Shown here one piece after another: positions 52,136 to 64,000 of a DNA stretch of 64,000 bases. Position 1 is the first letter of the stretch. Each line of letters begins with the position of its first letter. A model generated the notes under the pieces. The model had not been told where the DNA came from. It worked only from the letters and a program-made list of their open reading frames with translations, and searched no databases. Origin of the DNA: Bispira polyomma (Eukaryota); NCBI GenBank assembly GCA_965649765.1, contig OZ287760.1, forward strand, positions 6,448,001-6,512,000. Direction: 5' to 3'. The position numbers and the translations under genes were made by a program.

Positions 52136-52792
52136 AGTATTGAACTTCAACAACACAAATGTGATATTTTAAAACACTACGATGTGGCGCCAATACTCTT
52201 TCGTACTATAGAATTTAAATAAATTTTGTCTTAAAAGAAGAGAGTTCGAGTGTTTATTTGACATTTATTATATATTGCAGACTTATTGCAAAATATTTAT
52301 TCAAACAGTCAACTAATGCTTGTCATCCATGCAGTTTTAATATAATGGAACTTTGGTCCAAAATTGTTCTAAACTCCTAGTAATTCTCACCTCGTTTGAT
52401 CTTATTTGACAAGAGGCATTTTACATTTTGAACAAATGTTCCCTATTTGTCCAACCAAAATTGTCTTGTGGTTATTTCCCCCACTCTCTGGACAACATAT
52501 ACATGTGGTACTCTAGTTTCATATTTGATGTAAATGAAGTTTTAATGCAGTTCATTCGGTTCATTATAGCACCAATACTTCTTTAAAGTTTGATATTTGT
52601 TCAAGAATATACCATTGTTATAATATTCGCAATGATAATACTGGAATGTATTGTTTTTAGTGCAAATGTGCTAATTGAACAGAAACCAGTGATACAAATC
52701 CATTCCCAAAATATGGAGTCCTCAGGACGCGACCATTGCTCAAAATTGGTTTGTTTGTCTGAGTGTCCTGTATTGAATCTCTTGACTTTACT

Positions 52793-52930
52793 CTTTACTT
52801 TGTAGGTATATTATATACTGTTTACTTTACTTTGTAGGTATATTATATACTGTTTACTTTACTTTGTAGGTATATTATATACTGTTTACTTTACTTTGTA
52901 GGTATATTATATACTGTTTACTTTACTTTG
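52793..52930. repeat. 32-bp minisatellite, about 4 identical units
   Basis: Unit TGTAGGTATATTATATACTGTTTACTTTACTT. Confidence 0.92.
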
Positions 52931-52953
52931 ACCATTGATTCCAAATTCAAAAC

Positions 52954-53193
52954 GGGGTGGCCCAGTGATTAGCAAGCAGTGGATTTCACAGTCACTGGTC
53001 TCTCACATCTGGAGATTGAATGGTCGCAAGTTCGACTCCTGTCGATCTCTATGTGGGAAAGGTGGTAGTTCCTTACTGTGGGACGCTGGTTTCAGTGCAG
53101 AACCTTGTTCCCTCCAACATTCCAACTATCCGTCCCAATATAACCTAAGTAAAAGGTACTAGAGTGGACATTAAATATCCAAATTCAAATTCA
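52954..53193 (+). mobile_element. SINE family 1 copy
   Basis: Similar to 2481-2740; flanking direct repeat AAATTCAAAAC (52943-52953, 53194-53204). The paralogous site near 21010 is empty. Confidence 0.85.
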
Positions 53194-54341
53194 AAATTCA
53201 AAACCCTGAGTATATGGTATAAACAGAAGACTCAATCGTGACCTTTGAGGACAGTCCCTTTCGTGGACGCAATTGCCTTACAGCACACACTGTTATTTCT
53301 ATGGCTTTATACAAGTACAAATAGTTTTTCCCCACATACAGTCTTCAAATCTAAGTCTTTAAATTGAGAAAAGGCTACTAAAATAAATTCCCATTGGTTT
53401 CATCTAGTGTTATAGAAAAAAAATCTTATGTTCTGATGGGCATATTTTGTGCCAATAAAAAAGCCTGAGATAAATCTTTAGTAAACCATACACACGTTTG
53501 TACATATGGACTTGGCAAAGATGCAGCTTGCAAGATGGTGATGCATATATATTTCTCTATTCACAAGAGAACCTGTACTGCGACTTTAAAGTTTCTAAAT
53601 AAATCTTTAGTAAACCATGCACATGTTTGTACATATGAACTTTGCAAATATGCAGCTTGCAAGATGGTACTCTAGTTCCCCAAGTGGGGGGAACCAATAA
53701 GTATCATTTTTCAAAAGTTGTCTATTTATCATATATATTTCACTTAGACATATTTTTTGTAAAGGGGAAGTATCAATCTAAATTGATTTCAGTGTCTGTT
53801 TCTGAGGAAGGGAAAAAGATGATTAATGAACGCACTCAGTTTTCCCATCAACTTTGGAACATTACTTGCATACTGTTGGATGTATGGGTTGATGTGTATA
53901 CAGTCTTGCCATTTTTTCCAATGGCACTTGGGATATGTATAATATGTACTAGATATTGGTATACATGTGACTGCTTCCTTTTGGAAGTTATTACAACTGA
54001 TCAAGTTTGTCTTTTTTGTCGCAGATGTTGCGGAAGAAACTAACTAAGATAACTTTTTTAGTTTGTTTAATTTCATGTTGTCTTCATATTTTTTCCAAGG
54101 GTCGGCACCATTTCTTACTGCCGCATTGATTTATTGATAGATGCATACCCGGCCAAGAAAACTGTAATTTTTCACACAATGTAAATTATCACTGTAAATT
54201 GCGTCACGTTGCAAAAGACGTCATTTATGTTTTTGTTGTTTATACACACCTTCGATCGCTCTTTGTTAGCCAAGCACTGTATTTTTCAGAAGCTTTTCAA
54301 GCTTTTTAAGGGTTTTCAAAGGGGAGAATATTTTTGTAAAT

Positions 54342-56610
54342 ATGAATATTCTAATCACCTTTTGTGTCGGTTTGGCTCTGATGAATGCTTTGGGTGAGTA
54401 TATCTGTTTTCCAACTTGGATACTGCTGAGATATCTGCTTTATTTTTGGAATATATATGTGAAATTATTTGTTTTACTCAAGGTTTGCTACATGAAAATA
54501 CATATGCTATAGTCTCTTTCTTATTTAGTCATATATATATATACATACTAATAGCAATATTTAATATGCACTGTTTATTGTGTAAACCAAAGAAATTGCA
54601 TATGCCATATATTCTCTCTTTTTATAGAAATATATATGTACATAATAATAACAATACTCTGGGTGAACATGTTGATTGTATAAAGTATAACCCACTTGCA
54701 ATACATGTACATGTACACACACACCCCTACAAATACATGCTAGCTATTATATACACCTTGTATTTTCCCAAAGGTATGTGGTACAGTTGTAGTGATTTAA
54801 ACATATTTCAATATACACAATTGTGGTAGTTGTAGTGTAATCTTATCACCCCATTATTATTTTATAACCACACTTGGCAACTTGTGTAACTGTGTGTAAT
54901 GTACATGCTTTATATCAAGGCAGTATATATATATACCCCTTCAATAAACCATGGTGTATATATAGATATGTGTCAATATGTAAGCTGAATTTACCATGGA
55001 ATGGGAGTTTCTGGATCTTATTAATGTGCAACCTGGATTGAGGTTTGTAGCATGGATTTAGAAAGAGTGGCAGATTTAGCATGGTTATGGAAACTGTCAG
55101 GGGAAGGGGGGATATATATCCCTATATTCTAACATAACAGATTATAATAACGTTCCTTGAACTAAAAAATCGTGTGTGCCTTATTTGATCAAATATGGGG
55201 TATAAAAATTGGGTTGTTGAAAATAAATCGTAGTGCCTGTACAATACGGTTAATCAGAATCCAGGACAACAATCATGTCATGTTGGAATTGGTATCAGTA
55301 CCAATATATAAGCTCATTTACATACATATACAGCAATTGCAATATTGACAGGGGACTCGAGCATGTTGTGATAGAATTGGTGTTACTACCTATATAAGCT
55401 CATTTGCATGCATGTACTATATAGCAATATTGGCAGGGGAAACGAGCATGCCAGTATTTTGTATTGATAGACTACCAATTCATGTGTAACCTTCATATTG
55501 CATCCATATAAACAATAGCATTATAACCAATCTAACACATTTATCCTTCAGTAATATATATACATAATATATTGTATTATAATACCAATATACCAAGCTA
55601 CTTTGTATGCATCTGCAATTGCAATATTGGCAAAATATATGACTATAACTTAACAATAATTTGAATGCCACAATTGACACATTCTTCCACTATTGACCAC
55701 AGTTGAGGCCAAGTGCAAGAAACTGAAGACCAACTGCTCCCAGAAGGACTTCACCGCCGTGGTAAAGCCCCATGAGATCCCCGGTGAGAATCCCATTTCA
55801 GCCCTCAAAGGCTGCAAAGGCAAAGCACTGCGGATGGAGTACAGTGGCTCCAACAAATTTGTCCTTCAGCCAAAGAAGGTGGACCACTTCAGGTGATAAT
55901 TGTAGGAACATGTGTTTAAACTAGACAATGACTTTAGTGTGCCCTGTTTTGCCTCATTAGTTTTTTGCTAACAACAGCCATTCAAATGTGTCTTGAGAAT
56001 AGAATAATAATATTTCAAAATATGCATACAAATATATAATCCCAATGAGTTCAGGTGGAAATAGTACTTCTATAGTGGTTTAATGTGTAGGCATTCATAT
56101 TTGTAATGAATATACTGACCTTGTATATGCAATATAAAGTCTTGTCTATATATTTTGTTGGTATTTTTCAGAGCGGTGAAGTTCTGCTTTGAGACGATGC
56201 ACATTGGGAGTATCAAGTTTATCTATGAAACAGTAGACATTCAACCCTTTGGCCCGGCCATAGTAGAGAAGTTGGTAAGTATAGCAACACAGAGAAAGTA
56301 ACCTTGTGAGCACGTGACAACCTAAGGGGGGTTAAATAGGTTAAAAGAGATGGAACTTTTTTCCAATATCCTTCACAACATGATATTCGACTTGGCAAGC
56401 AAACTGGGGGGTAACCTGTCATTTAGTGGCAATATTTCGTTTTGAAAATGTAAAGATCTCCATGTATATTTATGGCTTTAATTTTTGTAATCTTGTTTTT
56501 GTGTGTCTATCCCCTCTTGTTCACATTGTTTACACTGTCTGCAGTTTGAAATTGAATGTATTATTACGAAATACTGTAATTTCTGTAACAGGGCTGAAGG
56601 AGAGATATAA
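54342..56610 (+). CDS. Small secreted Cys-containing protein, 136 aa, stand-alone ZP-N-like; exons 54342-54393, 55703-55892, 56172-56274, 56545-56610
   Basis: Signal peptide MNILITFCVGLALMNALVEA. Three GT-AG introns (GTGAGT, GTGATA, GTAAGT) with matching phases 1, 2, 0 give an open frame. The ZP-N assignment comes from Cys spacing only. Confidence 0.72.
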
Positions 56611-56914
56611 CGATTTTCCATAATATTTTAGTGTGTGGTACCTACTGAAATATTGGCATGTAATGATCTAATGGAAGAGGGGGCTATAATTGAAAGATGG
56701 GACTATTATTACAATTGACAACATGGTGTATAAAAGATTATAAACTGTATGTACCTTTTTTGTCCAGTTTACCATGTCTGATACTACCAAGTGGACAAAG
56801 ACTTGCCCTGAACTTAGTCTTGCTGATAATATGCAGCTTATCTGGTTGGAGGCATTGCCTGCTAAAGGGATGGAAGCAGAAATGATGCTGAGGAAAGTGT
56901 TCCTAAAGGCAAAG

Positions 56915-59900
56915 CTCTGTGTCTGGGAAAGGATGGCCATAGCTGATACAACCCCAAGGGTACCATAAGTTTGACAGATAGAATAACAGATTGCGGTTAA
57001 TATATTTATTAAAATATTTCAACTATTGGTATTTTACAAAAGACTGGCAATGAAGTATACCAGCCCATCAATCAGTTCTGTAGAAGCATAAAGCAAATAA
57101 AATACAAAGTGTGTAAAATTGTATAAAATGTAAAAGTTGCGTGTAAAATATGCATAAACATTTAAAAATAAATTTACTGTTTCATGAATGTTTCTCAGCA
57201 GTCATTCGGGCAATGGTAAAAGCCCCCAAAATTGAACCCCCTAGCTCAACAACGAAACCCTTACTTGGCAGAGCAATACAGCCCCTTAAACTAGTACATT
57301 AAAACTCATGGGGAAATGTTGCACATTTGGAGTCAATATTTAGCACATTTTTAGACGTCTTTACTCAGTTGTAGGGACACCAGCCGAATCCAGGAAGAGA
57401 CACGCAGGGTCCAAATGAGGTTCCGGAGATACTTGAATAATAAGTCAGCCACCCTGACGGGGGACCAAGTCCCATAGACAATGTTCTATGTTGCCACCGC
57501 AGCCAAAATGTTTAACTACTAAAAAACGTGACATGGCTAGCAAAAGATACGCTGAACCAGGAACCATGTGAGCTCACCTGGAGCAACACGGACCTCCAGC
57601 ACAATGCTGGAGGGACAACAGCGTTCAGGCATTACCATCCATAATATAACCACAATCTGAAACCAAGAAACACAATTTAATATGGGAAGAGGAGGGTGGG
57701 TTTTTACTACTTGTTCTGCAAACTTTGAAAGGGCGGCAAAAGTTAGAGGGTGTGTGCTTTTATAGTCGTTGACAGTTCCCCTCCCCCCACCCCCTAACGA
57801 TTAGCCTGGTATCCCAGCATTGAATTAAGTATCGCCGAGGTGTTACCCCATACAGTGCCCGAGAAGGACGGCCCAATTTTTCAACCAAAAGGGACCCAAA
57901 GGGATAATAATTTGGTATAAGTTTGACAGATAGAACAACAGATTGCAGTTAATATATTTATTTAAATATTTCAGCTACTGGTACTATATACAGTTGTGGT
58001 TCAGGACATAAGGTTACCTTAAAGTCAGTTAAGCTTACATTCATTAAGAATTAAGATCACCATAAGGTGGAAAGTTAAGGTGACCATAAGAGATTAAGAT
58101 CCTCCTAAATTGTTAAGTTGAGGTGACCCTAGGAATTTATGAGGTCACCCTAAATTGAAGTATGAGGTCACCTTAGCAAAAGTTAATTACTAAAACTCAC
58201 TAAAAAACATACTAAAACAACCCGAAAGCAGTACATTATGTACTAGATAACTGGAAGGGTACCTTATGCCCAGAGACAGTACAAGTTTATTTACTATCAG
58301 TGAATTATAGTATGACAACATATATTGTGTCTAGTGTGTATATTGTAATTACTAGTTTACAGATTTGTTAAAGATTTACAGTTTAAGTTATTTACAAAAG
58401 ACTGGCAATGAAGCATACCAGCCGACTAAATACCAGATTAACAAGAAGGTAGGTTGTATAGCCACTTTAAAAGAATCTTCCACCTAAGTGCCAGAGGGGC
58501 GGAATCTGTTATATAACGCCAGATGCAATCCGACGTCCAGGTCCAATGGACTTTTTTTTATTCAACTATATAATATACATAATGTTTACATTGTGTTACA
58601 TATCACAAAATTAAAGTCAAAACACAGCAAAGCATCTGCCAAAGCACAAGGCATACAGCACAAAAAAACATAAGAAAACAGTTTGTGTTTAACAAAACTC
58701 AAGATAGATATACAATATATGAATTACTTTAAATATTATTAATTTTCACTTTTTAGAAGGGTGGAGATTATTCTAAATCGTTTTCATGTCTATTAAATAG
58801 GTTAATCCACAATATCCATCTCTTTTCAAAGAGAATTTCCATTGAATGGATTTGTGACAAAGCTCTTTGTTCTAAAAATATTTTGTAACATTGTTTCTGA
58901 AAAAATATGTATTTAAGTCATAGCCTCTTTTAGAACACCAATAAATACATCTTATTGCTAGCATTAAGATAAAATTTAAAGACCAAAAGTTATCACCCAA
59001 AATGTAATATCCTAAAATTTTCATAGTATTTGTTAATTTAACTTCTTACCCAATTTTTTTAATCTCCATTGATGTATATTATCCCAACAAAACTTTAACA
59101 CAAAAGAACTTTAATGCATTCACAAAATACATGATATATAGTTTTTGAATATTCTTCACTACACCCAAAAAACTATTATTACTAATTTTTACTTTGAAAA
59201 GTCTCCTGTGGGTAAAATATTAAACAATATTTTATATTGTATACTTATGACAGAATTATCTAGCACAGACTTGCAACATGCTTTATAAATATTCTTCCAA
59301 AAAAGATCTGTGTTATTTTCCCCACTTTAATTTACTCTGGGCTGGCTTTTTGGCAGTTTGAAAAATATGATAATTTTTTTTTACATCCTTTAGTGCACTT
59401 TAACAAAGGTAGAATATGAAACGGACAGTTTGGTCCTACAAATACATTTTTTAATTAATTTAACTTAGTCATTGGTTTGTAGGGTCTTCGACCACGTGAT
59501 CATGATCACAGCATAGCCATGCTTGCAGATAACATCAACATGAGCCAATTGCTTTAATGGGGAAACAAGTTGATGGAATGAGAACATAGGTTAGACGATC
59601 TTTGGAAACTAAAATACTGAGCAAGTACACAGCCTTAAATACTTGGCCCATGTACATAGAGTCAGACTTTTTAACCAAAGATAGCATATTTAGTATGTCA
59701 AATAGACTCTTAAGTTCGGCCTGCAAAGGTCTATGTAACAATAAGGCTCGATTGTAATACCCAATCCTAGGGTCTGTAAAAGCATCAACATTTACACTGA
59801 GTAGAATGTAACATACTTTAATGGCTGAAAGATAATTTGCAATGAGGGAGGGGGAGACACTATTACAGGAGATAAATTCAAGAAACATAATAGTTGGAAC

Positions 59901-62900
59901 CTGTTCACCTTAGCTGGGAGCAAATACATGAAGGCCCAAAATGCCAGAAACAGCCTGAACATTCTGTCATAAGCTTTTCAGGTAGAATTTGCAAAACCAG
60001 CACTCAGTCTCTGAATTGCCCTCCCAGTGAGCAGTGCCTCCACTTGATGTTTAACTCGGTACAAGTGATATAAAGTACAGCATACAATGAATATCAGGAT
60101 TAACATGCAACAGGGACTTGTCAGTAGGTAACCACTGAACTGGCCCTGCTAATTCATACAATAACTTATGATTGGCAGTGGTTTCCTGCCACCTCGAGAG
60201 GAGGTCTGTGACCTTGTTTTTAACCCTCATGATATGTATTACATTGAGCTCGATGTCAAATCGACTGATTAACATTTAAATATTTCTTGAATAGGTAGCT
60301 AAGATAAAATCTCTAATTTTACCACTCTGCAGAATACTGACAACCGCCTGATTGTCACATTTGACCAGCAGCTTATGTCCTTGCCACACTGGGGCCTAAA
60401 TTTTTAGGGCTACTAAGATATTTATCATTTCCAAATTTGCAATATTATTTTGGGTCACGTGATGTGATATTTTTTATTGATAAACCTGGTTGCTGTTAAG
60501 CAGGCATCCAGTTCAATCTGTGCTGTGACTTATCTGTGAGAGAAAAAAGAGAAATAGCATTGAACTGCTCCATGAATTTCGTAAACCAATTTAAAGCCCT
60601 TCTGAACTCAGTAGTGATTTTGCATTGTCTCTTACTGTGATTTTCCCAAAGCATTTTTAGCATGCGGTGTAAGAAAACAATGGCATACTTAATACATTTT
60701 GCCACATACAATAACAGTCTAAGTTAGGATTGGAATACCCGCTTAGTGCAGTGACTTTTTCCCTACCATTTCACACAAACTGCTTTAATTTCCAGTAATT
60801 TTTCAGCCGGTATGGAACAAGTGAATTCGTCCATTTTTATAACTATACCAAGACACTTGACCTCAGTTACAGGAGCCACCAATTTTTTCTGGCTGACAGT
60901 AAAGCCAAGTTCGGCCAGCAATGGTTGTAACTGGGCATATATGGTCTCAATTGTGCTGGGAAGCGATACACAGAAAAAATCATCTATATAGTTATGGATA
61001 ACAAACCCTTCAGATCTCATAATGAATGTAGCCCTGTCCGAAAGTCTTTGAAAAATAGTACTGCCATTCTGATAACCGAATATAATAGGACTGCCATTTC
61101 AGACCTAAAATATCGACGTCACCACAGGCAAATGCCGGAAGGCCCTGCTGACATCAGCCTTGAAAATTTTAGAACCCTTACCAAGTTTCAGTACTTCTTA
61201 ATCAAATTATCTACCAACAGGTAAGACAGAATAAATTTGGTTCCTAAATAAGTGTTTAGTGAGACCCCAGCATTGGCCAACTCAGGTTCACTATCACCTA
61301 TTGGTCGTGCTAGATTTGTTCCGGGAAGTCAATTGCAAACTTTTGGTTTTTGCTTTCTGATTCGATGAGACTCAACCTATCAAAATCTAGAGAAAAGCCG
61401 TATTCTATTAGTAGAGGTAACTGCCAATCCCAATAATTCACTAGATATTTGGCCTAGACATTAGCATAAAGCTGACAAGGGAAGCATATTTGTAACCCAC
61501 AAAAATTGTGTCTACTATCAGCCTGAATTATTTTATGCTCTTATAGAATACTAGTTTGTTTATGCTGTGCATTAATTCTGTTATAATAAGTGTGAACCCA
61601 TAGGGTAAGTCGTTTTGGTTTTGCCATTCTTTGAAGATGTCAACACTTCGTGCTTTTTCCAAAGATAGCTTTTTGTTTTGGTATTGTCGGAACTCCCACC
61701 AGTATTTATCTGAACCCCCATTATATTCATCAGTATTGGAGCCTTCACTCTCTTTTGTCACTCTCACGAGGTGTGACTGCAGGGCTGACAAGTGCTTTCC
61801 TGTGTGTTTTGTTAGTCTTTTCAGTATTTTTGACACCTTTCACAACCCCGCTACTGTGTCTATTCATTTCGATTGTGTGTACTACACCACTATTGTCCAC
61901 TGCAGCAACTCAGACTACAATACCTTTTGTAGTGGAATGTTTTTTTACACTACCCACCTCACCTTTGTAATTGTGTTGAGCCGTGTCAGATTTGACACCA
62001 CCCCAGCCCTATCCCCATTGTCCCCGTTACACCTTTCTCCCAAAATAGCAAATCTATTGTGAAGACTGACAGTATGAGTGGTGGGGTATTTGGACCATTG
62101 GCGTACAACTTGTTTTTGTTTGATACTTCTTTCCACCTGGTTTTTGTTATGGTTAATACAACTCCCAACATGTAAGAAAAAGTATTACCACGCACTTTTC
62201 CACTTGTGAGAGCTTTTCCTCCCCTGTTATATTTACATGCATCTTTATTCACACACTTTACATATTTACAAGCTACACCCACAGTATTGCCTTTAACTGC
62301 GCCACTGTAAGTAATACTATATTTTTTACCTATATAATATTGGCACATTTTATGCATTGTTTTCGTACAAAATAAGCCAAAATCATTAAAATTTGACCAT
62401 TACACCTTTCTGGTTAACAGCGATTTGTTCATATTGTTTTTTTCACTGCATTGTTGCAATGGATAACTATTTTTTGCCGTTTTCTTTGTGCATGTGCTAG
62501 TTTTGTGACTACCTTCACATGTTTCGCAAGTGTGCTTGTAAAACTGTGTACCCGTTTTATGACTAGCGGGGTAGTTTTTCCTTCAGGGAAAAACCTGCAC
62601 GTAACCAAGTTTTGCTTAACCCCTGTCTTTTTAATATCATTCCCAAAGGTGCAACCCAAATTTCCTGAGGCAGTAGCTGTAAGTATGCGCCTCTGGGCAT
62701 GGGCCCTACGAATCCTAACAACTTTATCCGTATTAGTCCAATTTAGCCTGTCCATTTCCATGTTGGTCAGTATTACTGCATGGCAAGCTTTGGTGGCCTC
62801 CCAGGAAAATCCTGGCCATCCTCCATTAAGCTTCCCATGTAGTCCAACATGGGAACATCCCTAACCTCAGGACATATCTCATCTTGGATAATCCAAGTGA

Positions 62901-63591
62901 ACCCGTAAACCCATTGGAGCAACGACAGGTCATCATATGTGGGCCTGGCTTTTGAACAAGAGGATAATAAGTGATTATGGAGCCAGTCTGCAACTCGTTT
63001 ACATTCACATCCGCCTTATCTCCCCTCTGGGATTTTAGTTTACCTTGGGGGTTCTGGTTCAGGGTTTTTAGTTCGGTGAGCCACTGCTCTACCTGAGTTT
63101 AAATTTGTACATTTTGTACTAAGAACTCGACGCCAGGTACAATGTTATCATTACCATCACCCACAGGGCCACTTTCAAAGCTGGCAGAACTATTTCAAGA
63201 AACAGAAACGGGGTTACTAGCATTTGTACTGTTGAGCTTTTCTGTCACCACTGCCTCGGAAGGCCTGATTCCCAACAGTGCAGTCCTTATCCGTAGGTTT
63301 CTCATGGTTTTTCAAGCATTTTGAGCACAAATACACTTTAACCGGAGGCATGACTGGTGTAAGTTTGACAATGTAAAATACAAAAAGTTAAAATGACTAT
63401 GTGTAATTTCAGTGTGCCACGCATGTATTAAGTTTTAACTACTTGTTGTTCTGCAAACTTTGAAGGAGCGGCAAAAGTAAGTTTTATAGCCGTTGATTTT
63501 ATAGTCCTCCCTCCCCCCCCCCCACCCCCACCTCACGATTAGCTTGGTATCCCAGCACTGAATTAGATATCGCCGAGGCGTTACCCCATAC
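56915..63591 (-). mobile_element. YR retrotransposon copy 3, Ngaro-type with split direct repeats; degenerate
   Basis: ORF1 from ATG 63351 (CSKCLKNHEKPTDKDC; PQGKLKSQRG); RT HNYIDDF (60763-61020); RNase H NKVTDLLSR; YR at 60050-59400 and 58545-58430 (HWTWTSDCIWRYI). Repeat A at 63438-63591 and 57705-57852; repeat B at about 57855-58424 and about 56915-57065. Confidence 0.88.
58549..59400 (-). mobile_element. L1/Tx1 LINE 3' fragment inserted in the YR gene of copy 3
   Basis: Poly(T) at 58549; minus-strand QYKILFNI and ETIYHVFCEC-like remnants; YR coding sequence lies on both sides. Confidence 0.75.
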
Positions 63592-64000
63592 TGTTAGTCT
63601 TGCCTCACAGAGTTCCTTCACTATACCCTAACTAGTATATTTAGTCAAGTAGAGACACATCTATGCCACAGTAAAAAAGAAAAGTCTACTTTTGGTTGAA
63701 TATAATTTTAACTTTCCGAGAAACCTAAAAGTTTTGATTTTAATAAAATGTCACCTCTAACACGTGTGTGTTTGTTGTCTGTTTTTAATTTTACTATAGT
63801 ATTTATTATTAAAAAGTATTTTATTTGGATTACTTGCTACTTACTTTACTTTACAATACACAATGCTACCAAAGTATTTATTAACTGAAATGAGCATAAC
63901 AAATACGGTTTGTTGTCTGTTTTTAATTTTACTTGGATCACTTGTTGCTTACAATACATGACCATACAAAAGAGATGAATAATGTTAAGCAGTGCGAAGT

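Larger units (their letters stand above)
47334..52205. mobile_element. Non-autonomous foldback TIR DNA transposon, IS3EU-like (TAC...GTA termini, 6-bp TSD)
   Basis: TIR of about 66 bp, TACGAAAGAGTATTGGCGCCACAT..., at 47334 and inverted ending at 52205. Flanks CTATAT (47328-47333) and CTATAG (52206-52211). Mirrored subterminal arrays of about 20 bp. Confidence 0.8.
52640..54100 (-). repeat. Unclassified coding-like dispersed repeat Y, copy 2 (interrupted by a minisatellite and a SINE)
   Basis: Colinear similarity to 20820-21380 and 22165-22280. Confidence 0.75.

Noticed and set aside
54416-54829. 137-aa ORF
   Set aside because: Low-complexity AT/TA-rich sequence inside intron 1 of the predicted secreted-protein gene.
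61631-62864. Plus-strand ORFs of 106-143 aa
   Set aside because: Antisense shadows of the degenerate minus-strand Ngaro ORF1/linker.

Overview
Eukaryotic, AT-rich, repeat-dense animal DNA. A C1q-domain gene, a CHST15-like sulfotransferase and tRNA-derived SINEs suggest a lophotrochozoan such as a mollusc (inference). No rRNA, genuine tRNA or CRISPR array was seen. Host genes reconstructed by hand from splice sites: a 2-exon carotenoid cleavage oxygenase (4828-7468, minus), a C1q-domain gene (39210-41274), a 4-exon small secreted ZP-N-like protein invisible in the ORF track (54342-56610), and a CHST15-like pseudogene split by an L1/Tx1 insertion with a 13-bp TSD. Mobile DNA: a decayed Gypsy element, three diverged tyrosine-recombinase (DIRS/Ngaro-type) retrotransposons, Harbinger and pogo remnants, L1/Tx1 and L2/CR1 fragments, SINEs with TSDs, and a 4.9-kb foldback IS3EU-like TIR element. 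Two observations stand out. (1) An intronless TatD-nuclease ORF ends just before a hairpin, a polypurine tract and an LTR, i.e. at the env position of an LTR retrotransposon. (2) The tyrosine recombinase of the YR retroelement has no start codon, but a phase-1 splice donor inside ORF1 joins it in frame, predicting a spliced Gag-YR fusion. All calls were made by eye without database searches; boundaries lacking TSD or splice support are approximate.
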